64,000 nt of DNA, taken from assembly GCA_051294905.1 (NCBI GenBank), contig CM119374.1, positions 25,854,001 to 25,918,000 of the forward strand. Reading direction: 5' to 3'. The stretch is from Botryllus schlosseri. Its lineage: Eukaryota. The notes under the pieces were generated by a model, which searched no databases, had not been told where the DNA came from, and worked only from the letters and a program-made list of their open reading frames with translations. This document shows, piece after piece, positions 52,216-64,000 of the stretch. The first letter of the stretch is position 1. Each line of letters starts with the position of its first letter. The position numbers and the translations under genes are program-made.

Positions 52216-55200
52216 CTTGTATTCGTGATGTTCAAGATTTTTTTTCCATACGGGACGGATTTATGAAATCTTACTGTACGGGGATCTATTTTGTAACGCG
52301 CCGATTCCGCAACTTTACGCCATCGTTCAAAGTCGACGGATTCGCAGAATACTAGGATTGGATCAAAACCTCAGCACCGAATAGTATATGGAACACTGTA
52401 TAGTAGAATCCATTCAACATGAACATCGCCACACAGTCTTGCTGGAGGTAAATCGTCAACAAGTTTTTCGCTACACATTTACGAAAAGCTTAAGTAGTTC
52501 ATAATGCCATAAAAATGGTCCTTTATTGCGGTTGCGTGTCAGTTATAACGCTGTTTGCGTATGCGCAATCCCGTACACTGTTTGACGAAAATCTCGTTAT
52601 CCAGGCTACGGCGTTACGAAGACTCGAAGCTGAAGGTAAACAGAAGTTGTTGAGTGCACGGAACGTGAAAAGGGTGATCTACTTGAGGCCAGTGAAGTGA
52701 CTTTTCTTGGTACTTCGCGCGTCGATGTCAACAAGTTATGAGTATGAAAGTTCGTTTTGCGCTTATGATATAATCTGCGCAGTGAATTTCATTGATAGCA
52801 TTCATGCCGAATTCACTAATACGCGAAGCGACCACACTAATGTGATAAAGATTACGTGAATGGACAGACCACTGATTTTCGGTAGCAATTCACTTGGTTA
52901 TTCTGATTCCTTGAAGATTTAGGGAAACCAAATCTGCGACAAAAAAACAGGTATTTTTGATTACGGCAATCTGGTGATAAAATCAGGGTATACTATACGC
53001 GCTTTGATGAACTTTAATTAACTGACTCGCCACCGACGCATTCAACCCAGAAATACACGAAAGGCGACTCCATTAGTAGGCACGCTTCCAAAAATTTGGG
53101 ATCAAGTGGGATAACCTCATGTCGTATAAACCAAAGATGAATCCGATTTGTAATCTATCGTGAGTTGGATTTGCGATTGGGTTACAGATTTCCAGCCCAC
53201 GACCGCGTTGAATTTGGCAACGTCGTGATAGCTAATTATGTACAACCCAGCTAAACCGAGCTAGGGATATAAGTCAGTTTTCTTCTTACTTGTGAACCAG
53301 TCACTGTTGATGACTACGTGTACGCACTACGCATGTAATTCCATTCTCTAAAAGCAGCACACCACAGCAGAACAGCATGAACGCCGCACCAAAGCGGCAT
53401 CGTTGACGTTGGCATGAACAAATCCCTTGAACACGCTTCTACGGTTCGATGAACGAGACATAAACACTAAACAGTCACTTAGTCCGCAAATAGCTTGCGC
53501 AACCTTCCGCAAATTTTGCTATCATACACAACGCATATGATATCTCTAACTAACACACAACTTTTCGAACTGCAGTAAACAACCTCACTGTACGTAGCAA
53601 CGAGTGAGCCTACGATAGCGAAGTCGCCCACAGTACTCGAGTGCAAACACCTTAGTGCCCTTCGCAAATAGAGCCACTTACCTTCGTGTTCCATTGAAAT
53701 CTTGCCACACGATTCATCAAATACTACATCTAATGAGTCCATATCGTAGTAAATATGCTCCCTACCTTGTTCAATACCACAGTAAACGCATTTCAAACAT
53801 AAAAAACGCGCTTTCTGAAAGACCAAATGCTTATGTAAACAGAAGAAAATCTCGGTATTTCGGAATCAAACCCAGGGTTTCATTGTCGCCAGCATACAAA
53901 TAACGTGGCCGTGTTAGCTAGCTCAATCAAAAGATGTGTGTGGCCAGCATTTGGCGTGATCTTCACACTAGGGATTTTGTTTTTTCGACCACTTTTGATC
54001 ATGCCAATGGCGAAAGGAGTGCCAGTAAATTGTTCTCGAATAGTGATTTTTTGACCCGCACAAGGGTGCTACAGTCATATTCAAGAGGCTGTGTCACCGC
54101 AAAACTATTCGTATCACGTAGGTTTCGTGCTAGCGTTAAACGTAGGCATACGATACATCGGTTCTTTGGTAAAAACAGAAGTGTACAGCTTGATTCTACA
54201 AGGCGACAAGCGCTGTACTCCATTGGGCCAAGTGTTTCCCATTCAAAACTCGGCTAGGCGTAAGCTACCTCCAGGCTCTACGCTTGGCCAGTGGGCAGTG
54301 AGCAGTTGAGCAGTGAGCACTCACATACGGTTACTGACGTAAAGGACTTGACCGTTCACGATAATCTTACGTTTCGCTACCGCACGTTTTGGCATATACG
54401 AGGTCGATATATTTTCAAGTGGTAATCGTATGATAACGTCTGCATGGGTTTGATATTGTCGGGCCGGACACAATGATTCGAGTACTGGAATCTGAATCGA
54501 GCAATAATTCGAATTGATTTGCGAGAGATGACTTTTTCAAGTACTGAAATTTTACGCTTCTGGCCACTGAGAGTTCATCTATTAACGAAAATGAGAATTT
54601 CGCTAGATTTTTCCACTGCGGAATCTTTGAAACTTAAATTGGTCGTATCTAGGGTTGCATTAAAAAACAAATGGTTGTTTAAAACACTTTGTTTTAAACA
54701 GTGTTTTAACCAAAAGCCTTTTTAAGTTGTATAGGCTAATTATGCCATAATTGTGTAAATACTTTCCAAAAACACTTGCTGTATGAGCCTACGGACGATT
54801 ACCAACCGATATAGCCGACGTTTATACGATATGGGACTGTTAGAACCTGCGAAATAGTCGGTTTAACGGATCCGGCCCGCAGAGAGTTTCTACCCCGAAA
54901 GTGAAATTCTATTTTGAAAGTATTGACAAATTTTATGCGTCGCAGAATGAATCCAAGTTTGCCAACCTGAGGAAGATGGACATGAAACTATATATATTTG
55001 CTCTGTTGAGGACTACATATATTTTTGACAATGAACATAAACGAGACAAGGCTGCGTTCCAATATAACTGATGTTCACGTGCAGTCGTGCACTCGTGCAG
55101 TCGTTACTAAGGGTTTCTACATACGACATGCAGCCAGTGTTCAAATAACTTGTTGATAACTTTGACCGACTACAGATGTCTGATTGACTTCAACAGCTAT

Positions 55201-55687
55201 TGTTAATAAAATCATTAAATACAGTTTTTGGTCTCTATGCTTCAAAATTAAAGTTAACATTAAATACGATTTATTCCTTGTATAGGTGGAAAAATAAGCG
55301 AGGCCAGCCAAGAGCCAAGTATACTTCATTTTTCCATATCCGTACCGCCGACCGGAGAAGCTGCCCGCCCCTGATATGGATCATTGGTACGGAATGAATG
55401 TTCTGATGATGATGACCGCAGACCGAAAAAATGCTGCATGACGATGTAGACCTGGAGATATTTTTTGTTCGTATATGACAGAGATTGGAAGCACATTTCG
55501 TCGAAGGAGCTATACCCTATATTTTCAATTGTCAATGTCAATATACTATGACATTACAGTTGAATATTCGTGACGTAATTGCTTAAAAATGCTTCAGACA
55601 AGGGCCTTGTTTTAAACATGTTTGTTTTAAATGGAATTTTGTTGTAAATGAAACCGTAGTCGTATCACACAACACGAAACATGCAGT

Positions 55688-55830
55688 CAGGGCTTTGGAG
55701 CCGGAGCTGGAGCAAGGAGACGTAGCCCCGGAGTCGTGCATTTTCGCTGGAGCTGGATGCGGAGCTAGAGCTTTACATAGTATTCAGCCGGAGCTGGAGC
55801 CCGTTATTTGAAGAGTAGCTCCGGCTCCTA
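55688..55830 (+). mobile_element. hAT MITE fragment with GGAGC(C/T) repeats
   Basis: Begins CAGGGCTTTGGAGCCGGAGCTGGAGC, with repeated GGAGCT/GGAGCC units. Confidence 0.55.
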
Positions 55831-56824
55831 CGTACCGACGAACCGACAAGATAGCGTAATGGTGAAGCGCCCGGCCGGGTCAGATCAAAGACCTGATTAG
55901 TAACACTCGTGGCCTATCCATGACTTCTGCTTGGCGCTCATGCAGCGCTCATGCATTACTGGGATAGCATGGAGGGGTGGTGCAAGACTTATAAAGCCGT
56001 AAAAGGCTATATCTGCAATTTCCTTGTCCAGCGGCATATGCACATCATGCACTCATGGTATGCATATGCGCAGATTGTGGGTATGTGTATCATGAGTCGG
56101 TGTATATGCCGCAAAAACGTCACAACGTAAGCTGTAAGCTTCGATCATTGCTTTTGCGGTCAGTTTTTTTTGTTACATCACAATGAAGGCCCGGTAAAAC
56201 ACACAATCATTGAGTGATTGGTGGCTCTCGCAGGTCAGAGTCGCCAGATTGGTCCCAAAAAATTTGTGTGGCCCCTTGGCCCTTTGTTTTCAATATTTAG
56301 GTCTTTTGGGAGCAGCAGGCGTATAGCATCAAACTAGTTATCTTTTGGTGAAAATCCAAAATAATTAAGTATATATGTTACGTAAGTTTCAAATTTAAGA
56401 AAATTCATGAAAGTTCATTAAAGTTTTCGTAACTCTCATTTTATAAAACAAAGTTAGATTTTTCGATTTTATATTCAGTTGGAAAATGCTTGAAATAATA
56501 GCAGTTATTGTAGTTGGATTCGGTGTCCTACAATACTATCAACAGTTGTAGTGAATTTAGTGTCCAACAGTATCCACAATATAAATCTGGAATTCCCGGT
56601 GATTGACAAAATGTCTATGCGTAATATTGCAACGATATTGACGTTGTTTACATTATTACGTATTATTATTAACGTTATTAACGTTATTGAACAATTCGGC
56701 CCTTTTTTCGACACTGTTTGGCCCTTTTTCCCATAATCTGTCTGACAACCCGGTCGCAGGTCATACCAGCCACGGAAAAATCTGTGGCCAGTAAGTGGCC
56801 ACGGGAAAGCTGAGACCCCTACTG

Positions 56825-56894
56825 GTCATTTTTGGAAAGTGACTCGAGTCAAGTCAAGTCATCTGAAGAAGTTGACTCGAGTCATCCCAACACT
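56825..56894. mobile_element. Terminal fragment related to the GACTCGAGTC hAT MITEs
   Basis: GACTCGAGTC repeats ending in ...CCCAACACTG. Confidence 0.5.
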
Positions 56895-57505
56895 GGTACT
56901 ACGTCTTAACAGCGACGTTAGGGAGATGGAGCCCAGATTAACCCCCGACACTTCGGAGCGTACTACTGCCGAGACTTATGACCGGGGTCTATCACGTAGA
57001 CGTCGGTGTTATCTTATTAACTAAAAACTATTCGTCAACTCCCCCTAGCGGTCAAGTCAAAGCCATGGATCCTCGGACCAAGAAACTCACGTTGTTGCAG
57101 TTGTAGCCCCTCGCTGTGACCCAGCCCGCAAAAAATATAACCTGACCACCATTGCTGAGTTCAAACAATTACTTTTTGCAAACTTTTGACCGAGCAGACT
57201 TTTGACCGAACAAACACGATAATGAACACTAAAAAGTGTCCCTATACTCCCCGATAGATATTTCCAGGGCGTACCCTGATTAGAAGAATTGGGGGAAAAT
57301 ATAAGGGATGTGACTTACGGATGTAAGATTTTCTTGAAAATGATCCCACTCCGATAATATTATTGAGCGCAAGGCACGGACACGAAACGAACACCGCGAA
57401 AGGGCGCTTTAAAATTTTAATCAATACAGTTATACGTCGATGTGACGTCACACTCATATGACTGGAAAGATCCTTTTGAAGTGTGGCCTTATACAAAAGT
57501 TAATT

Positions 57506-60500
57506 TCATGATCTTTTGCGCAACTTCATCTCCGAGAAGCCCAAACGGTTGGAGGCCCTTGCATACCACCAAAGTCCCTTGTCGCGTCTTTTGTTGAAGT
57601 TTCCATTCAGATTGCTGTAGCCGCACCGGTCATACCACCAGCCTCCTTCGTGGGCAGAAGCGCAATTCAATGACGAACGATCGTGATCTGCGTCTTTCGT
57701 TGAGAATTGACGATGGTTGTTATATGATAAACCACCTCTGGATGCATTTCCGGAGTATCCTGATACGCGCAGTCTGTAGTTGTCGGATCCGGGTCCGATG
57801 CGGAAATGGCTGAATTGTAAGAATCGTCACGATTGTGAAGCATATCGGGTTTTACAACGAAATCGGAATAACATGTTGTTGTGTCGCATGCTCAACTGTC
57901 GTTTGGTATTGTGCTGCCTATACTCAAAAGTAGGGAATGGAAAGAGGCGGTTTTATTGTCAAAAACGGTACCTGAACCATATTCTACACAGAATATTTGA
58001 AGAAAAATAATTAGGCTGACTGCAAAATGCTTCCAACGAAATTTGCCTCAATTCCTACGTGTAGGTAGAAACATTGTGATAAGAGAAGAAAGTTTTGGAT
58101 TTATTATATTAACTTTTTTCTCACATTTCACTGGCTACAACTTTAAATTTGTTGCGTTTTCTGAAAAAAAACGACGCTTCACGATTTTGCGTGTCATCCT
58201 TGCCCGTGTTCTGTATCGCTCCAATTTTAGCATGTGTACTTCCTAAGCGAGTATATCTGTGTTTGTGTAAACATACACGAATTTTGTTCAATTCGATTGA
58301 TTGAAAGCGAATAAGTTATTGCAGTAGAAAGTTATGGATTTGAAAAAAAATCGGATGGAAATTACCTTATTTATTATTTGAGAATTACCCACCGTATACA
58401 CCAATTTTTCAACCGAATCGTCTTAATTCACCGTTTGTAAACCTGAATTTCATAAACTACCCTGCTTCCAGGGATTAAAGTTTAAACGCGGGTCCAGAAT
58501 CATCCATGTGTTGCACATATTCAAACAAGAATGGCGCCAAAAGGAGAAAAACTAGAATTCCATGAAATAGGATGACATATAGACAAATAATCCAGGCATT
58601 ATGATGAAACTACGGACTTTTGTATGAATGTAAAGGTCGTCCGAAGACTAAATGCATGTCATCGCCTAATATGTATCTATAACAGGGGTCGGCTACCTTT
58701 TTCGCTCTGTGGACCGGTTTGAAAATGATTTTTTTTGCGCGAATCGGTCTTTCAACATTCGCGCAAATGAATTGTACCACTTTTGGCACACAGCGGATTA
58801 CCGACGATCTGAATTAATTCCACTTCGCGTCATGGGTTTTGAATCATCATGATATATACTTTAGATCAGGGGTCACCAACGCGGTGCCCGTGGGCCCCAG
58901 GTAGCCCGCGAGGACCAGATGAGTAGCCCGCGAGCCTGTTCTAAAAATAGATCGAATAGCAGCATTTACCAATATTCGTCAGATTATTACAAGTAAGCTT
59001 TCAAATATATAGATTGATTGATTTAGCTATTCTTGTTTAAATCACAAACATGTAACTTACAAATGACAATACATATATATAAACACCTAAAATTATAATA
59101 TAAAATATCCTTAATTACAATTAGTAATATACCAACATGTAATAGAATCATAGGATATCGAAGACGTATAGGACTCGGTGCACTGCTCATACAGGCGACA
59201 TGACGGAATGCCATCCACGGTCTTTTTGAAATGGCGGGGGGCTCCGTTATGGTAGGTTGACGTCCAGGACAATGCCAAAGTAGTAAACAACATTAGTATT
59301 ACGTAGCAGATAGCCGTGACGTACTAGCAGATTTTCAATATGTGTATGTTCATTATGTATTGTATCTTTTAACACAGCTTGTTTCTCTTACACTCAACGC
59401 AGTTTAGTGCTGATGTCCGGTGTAATGAAATCTGTCATGTCTGGATGCAGAACAGCGGGAAAGATAGCGTAGGGGTAACGATAAGCGCCCGGTTCGATTT
59501 CCGTCGGAGGTTTATCTGGGCTCCTCTTCTCCCGCCGTTGCCGTTCTTACGGCGACAAAAAAGCCCAGAAAAAGACCCGAAGAAAGAAAGCACTCACAAG
59601 GAATGGAAAGACCTAGTAGAATGGGCCGCGGCTTCAAGAAGATCAACATCGAAAAGAACTGCGACATCGGGCACTCTAGGCCGAGGTGGATGTTAGAGTA
59701 AAAGGATCGCTACTGATACGTGTCGTTCGACAGCGCTACGGCGCACTTGAGGCTACAGCTACAGCTACGGGCTACAGCGCACTTGAAACATATATCATGA
59801 TGTCTCGTCTAAAGTGTGACATGATTTATTTTAAAATTTGAGTTGACTTTTGTTGTATAATTTATACCAGCATGTTGTGAAGTAATTTATGATTAAAAAA
59901 ATCTAGCTGGCTAGTTGAAATGAGATGTTGTATTTGAAAGACTCTCTTAATAGTCTGGTACGGGTAAACGGTGGGAGTAAATGGTAGCTCGTCGCTTCAA
60001 TCAGAATCCAAGAAGTAGCTCTTGGTTGCAAAAAGGTTGGTGACCCATGTTTTAGATACACGGTGTATAATTCTAGTTGAGCGTTCTTGCTGTGTTGACA
60101 TGGTGATGGTGAGGACCATGAACGGTCTAGCGCAGGGCTTCTCAACACACGGCCAGCAACACCTTTGATGATGACAGCAATTACTACCGATCTGTTATTG
60201 TTACATATTATGTTAGCTATACTAAGCTCTTTCATCGCACCGTCCCTGTTTTGTTTATTGATTTCTAGGGTGATTTTTTTGTCATGTCAAAATAAGTCAA
60301 AATTTTGTCAAAATTGTGACGTTAGGTCAAAAAATTGTCAAAATTGTTTACAAAGTCAAAAAAAAATTTGCTACTAGCATTTGGTTTGTATCGTGGATGT
60401 CACACTGTCGGTGAACTTATCATTTGACATTTTATAACTTGTAGCCTACCTTATACGCCTACCCTTGGAGACGGCCCATTGCTCATTGTGAATCATAAAC

Positions 60501-62370
60501 GGTTAAATTAATCAAATAGGTTGACATGGTGTTATATGCTCAACGTACCGATATATACTAACTGAAGCAAGACTTCGTGGGCATTAGTTCTTTTATCAAG
60601 AAGCGCAAGATGAAAAAGTGGGATGTAGACAACATTGTCAGAATGAAGCAACATGGTGTGTCACCAGCAGCTGTGTACGCACAACTTCGGTGTTGCCAGC
60701 CAACAACTGCTGCTTCTGAACGTTCTTTCTCCCTTCTTGGCAAGCTAGAAAGTAAGGACCGACACATTCTACCCGAGAATGTAGGAAAGTATCTTTCGTT
60801 GTACTACAACAAATTTTAATTATTTCTGCCATAATGCGTGATATGGAACTACTGGAATTCTTCATAGGTCCAGATTTCGCTAAAATAAAGTTTTTATTTC
60901 AAAAAAGTTTTTTTCATGCCATAAACTACTTCGTAAGGACAGACAGTTCCAACCAGAAATGAAGATAAGTAGTACAATTCTAACATCCAAGTGCGAAAAC
61001 ACCTAATTTGCACAAATGAGTGCAAAATTTTGTCAAAATTAAACTTTAGTTAAACTTTACCGCATTTTATCAGTACTCTTTATCACTATAAATCGAAACC
61101 TAATGTATGCGAACTTTTCGCGGACCAGCGGCTGCCGACCACTCGCAATTCATATTCACCTGTATTTAGCAATCCAATATACCCCACTTTTCTTGATCAT
61201 TCTGATTTTCATCTCCATGTTCCTACCCTTTGTCATTTGATGCAATGCTTCCAGACCTGGAGGAAAGTCGATTGCTAGTTTATCACAAACTAACAAGTGC
61301 AGGAGTTCCGGACGTGGGCGCAACGAAAAGATGATGAACAAATATTGCAATTGTGCTCACTCTGAACACACTCTCACTGTCAATTTACTTTACCATAGAT
61401 TTGCTAGATCACGACCAATGGATACGGACCCTCTTCGTAACCTCATAAAACAATGGAAAATTGTTCAATGCGACGATCGATACCATGCAGTTATGTAACT
61501 AGACTACTACACGACGTGCTGTTCAGTAACAATATTTGTGATATTGAATCACGCCTATTAGGTATAAGGATTTCAGTGCCGATTGCTCGATTTACACTAG
61601 TTCCAGTCGTGATCCAAATCACAAACATATTTTCGAGCTCCTCACGATGTGTGGCTGGGCGCAATTCATGAGATAAAGCCGATCACAAAACTTCTATATA
61701 ACAAGTCATACCCAACCAATGATCTCCTTGCAAATCGCCAAACCCATTCACGTAATCCTCCCAACCTCTGTAGAAATCTACTTTGCCGTTCATTCTTCGC
61801 TGGAAAACCTTTCATGGAATCGAAAATGAATCACATTTTCTATAAAAATCGCGGATTCAACTCACGGTCCAGTTTCCACCATCGTCAGTTACGTCACAGA
61901 ACGCATTCCTGACCCCGACCTCGGGAATGATCAATTTGAAGACACCCCCAGAGTCATTGCGTTCTAATGCTGATTCCAAGTTGGCGCCATCACAACTATT
62001 CCTGATAATAATTTGAACAGCTAGAAAGTAAACGAATGGAAATAAGCCATTGAACCCGACTGCGTGTATAAGCAATAAGCTTAGAAGTCACCACCAGAGT
62101 CATTGATGCGTGCTGATCCTGATTCCAATTTGACGCCATTACAACTATACTCACGTTGAACATTTCAAAAGCAACAAATCATAAAATTCGCGGGCCAGCC
62201 TTACCCTGCCTCGTACTCCCCGCGGTGACCAAATGCTGCTCATTCCCGCACCCTTGCTGGCACTGGTTGCAGTCAATTCCTTCGTAATGCGGGGTTCGTA
62301 CGTCTGTTGCCCACGTTCGCGGTGTGTTGAAGGCAATTAAAAACAGCAGCAAGGGAATAAGGTATTCCAT
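57506..62370 (-). CDS. Secreted fibrinogen-related domain (FReD) protein, ficolin/MFAP4/tenascin-type C-terminal domain, 272 aa, 5 exons
   Basis: Exons 62205-62370 (signal peptide [21 protein letters not shown]), 61866-62020 ([10 protein letters not shown]...[12 protein letters not shown]), 61712-61808 ([33 protein letters not shown]), 61160-61256 (LEALHQMT...AKY) and 57506-57809 ([10 protein letters not shown]...FSTKDADHD...NCA...[15 protein letters not shown]...SEMKLRKRS, stop). Total 819 nt, phases consistent, all introns GT-AG. Confidence 0.93.
58867..60049. mobile_element. Non-autonomous hAT element, 1183 bp, in intron 4 of the FReD gene
   Basis: Ends CAGGGGTCACCAAC and GTTGGTGACCCATG, flanked by TTTAGAT on both sides (7 of the expected 8 bp). 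Confidence 0.8.
59460..59580 (+). mobile_element. SINE copy with a tRNA-like (A-box/B-box) head
   Basis: TAGCGTAGGGGT (A-box-like) and GGTTCGATTTCC (B-box-like) directly precede GGAGGTTTATCTGGGCTCCTC. A similar head, AAGATAGCGTAATGGTGAAGCGCCCGG, lies at ~55847. Confidence 0.45.
60266..61105 (+). mobile_element. hAT deletion derivative, copy 1, retaining the transposase C-terminal dimerisation motif
   Basis: Left end TAGGGTGATTTT, GTCAAAA subterminal repeats, and ORF 60577-60819 with [32 protein letters not shown] (hAT dimerisation-like). Confidence 0.8.
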
Positions 62371-62454
62371 CTAATGTTACAAAAGTTGCAAAGCTGCACA
62401 AGAGATTAGAAACGTCCTAGTGAGCTACCACGGTATATGCTACTGTTATAAGTA

Positions 62455-63321
62455 TAGGACGAATAGTTTGACATGTCAAAATAAGTCCAAATTTTGTCAA
62501 ACTTGGAGCGTTAAATCAAAAATTGTCAAAACTGTCGACAAAGTCAAAATGTTTTTGCTTCCTGCATTTCGTTTGTATCGTAGATGTTAGCACTGTCGGT
62601 AAATTAATCATTTGACATTTTACAGCTTGCAGCCTACTTTATACGCCTAACTGTTGTAGACGGCCCATTGTCTGCTCATTGTGAATCGTGAACATGCAAT
62701 GAAACAAATAGGTTGACATGGTGTTATGCTCAACGTACCGCAATATCTTAACTGAAGCAAGACTGCATGGGCATGGCATGGTTCTTATATCAAGAACTGC
62801 ATGATGAAAAATTGTGATGTGGACACCATGGTCAGTATGAAGCAACACGGTGTGTCGTCAGCAGTGTACGTACAAGTTCAGTGTTGTCAGCCAACAACTG
62901 CTGCTGTTGAACGTTCTTTCTCCATTTGGCAAGCTACTTAGTAACGACAGACACTTTCTACCGGAGAATGTGGGAAAGTATCTTACGTTGTACTACAACA
63001 AATTTTAATTATTTCTACCATAGTACGTGACGTAACTACTGGAATTTTTCATAGGGCCAGATTTCGGTAAAATAAGTTATTTCATGTAACAATTTGTCAG
63101 CTTCTGAGTTTAAAAAAATCAGGCCAAACTGCTTCGTAAGGACAGACAGTTCCAAACAGAAATGAAGATTAGTGGTACAATTCTGACATTATGTGGGAAA
63201 ACACCTAATTTGCATACGTTGGGTCAAACTTTGGTCAAAATTAAGTTTTTTAAGGTCAAAAAAAGTCAACATTTTGATTTTGTAGGTCAAAATCTTCGGC
63301 TTTTTAGGTAAAATCGCCCTA
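62455..63321 (+). mobile_element. hAT deletion derivative, copy 2, upstream of the FReD ATG
   Basis: Collinear with 60281-61050; frameshifted PTTAAVERSFS...[13 protein letters not shown]; right end AAAATCGCCCTA. Confidence 0.8.
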
Positions 63322-64000
63322 GTCATCACCGTAACTGCTGGATATTGTTTCAAACATGTCCTTACAGTCAATATGTTTAACGCCAGGCACATCTACTTTT
63401 ACAAACTACTTACTTGATTGGTTTTGACACCTATCATTTAATTTTTCTACTTGAAGTTTCGATGTCGAAGACTAGTATTTCTACTTAGAAATATGAATTT
63501 TCGATGGAAATGTCTTGGACTATCATTTTCTCATTCAATCAGCATTGTTTCGAGGGACGTCAATATAGTGGAATCTCCAGTAATCTCGAGAAAATACCAT
63601 GGCATCGTGAACAACCATTGATAGAGTCAACTACAAAGTTAATTATTATTATTATTATTATTAACCAAACAGGGTCCATGCTCGAAACTTAAGTGAACTG
63701 CATATTATTATCAATCAATATAAATTGCCAAAATTTACGATATATGGTTCCGTTGCATACTGAGCAGTAATTGGTGTAACATTGGTCTACTCTGTGCAAC
63801 CCTGGATTCGAAAAGCCTGTATTAGAGAATCTCGGTTCTATCAGCTTTCAAAAATCACGAAAGACCGATTCTACCTCGTTGGTAGAACTCTCTCTAACAA
63901 GCTCTTTTGTCAGCTTGCCTTTATATAGGCACACTTCTTTTTCAGCCGTCTACGATTTACTATTACTGTGCGCAGGGTAGCAACAAATGACGTAATCCAC

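Noticed and set aside
52846-52860. 14-mer GATTACGTGAATGG identical to FReD exon 3
   Set aside because: The flanks show no FReD similarity; consistent with chance.
53479-54309. Cluster of 70-115 aa ORFs on both strands and a 48-nt exon-like segment at ~53681-53728
   Set aside because: No recognisable domain, and I could not build a phase-consistent multi-exon chain; left unannotated rather than excluded.
59460-59510. tRNA gene
   Set aside because: A and B boxes are too close, there is no anticodon arm or acceptor stem, and it continues into a repeat body, so it is treated as a SINE head.
60577-60819. Functional hAT transposase gene
   Set aside because: Only the C-terminal ~80 codons remain and the second copy is frameshifted; no catalytic DDE region is present.

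Overview
Eukaryotic (metazoan) genomic DNA. It is AT-rich, has GT-AG introns with a minimal size class of 57-72 nt, and contains one 150-N gap. The style is compatible with an ascidian or other marine invertebrate, but that is inference. About two thirds of the window (<1 to ~43.7 kb, minus strand) is the 5' half of a single-headed inner-arm axonemal dynein heavy chain gene of the DNAH3/7/12 family, closest to DNAH3. I traced 42 phase-consistent core exons (tail, linker, AAA1-AAA3) and 10 more tentative 5' exons encoding a long low-complexity N-terminus. A complete 5-exon gene for a secreted fibrinogen-related-domain protein (272 aa) lies at 57.5-62.4 kb, also on the minus strand. Introns and intergenic DNA are full of non-autonomous DNA transposons (several hATs with readable 8-bp TSDs, pogo-like MITEs), a probable tRNA-derived SINE family and decayed LINE pieces. 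The most unusual items are: a ~590-bp, ~95% identical foldback hairpin flanked by a 7-bp direct repeat, 380 bp upstream of the tentative dynein ATG; a possible internal X-box promoter in the dynein gene; and two hAT copies bracketing exons 1-4 of the fibrinogen-like gene. All alignments and family comparisons were done by eye or from memory, with no database search.
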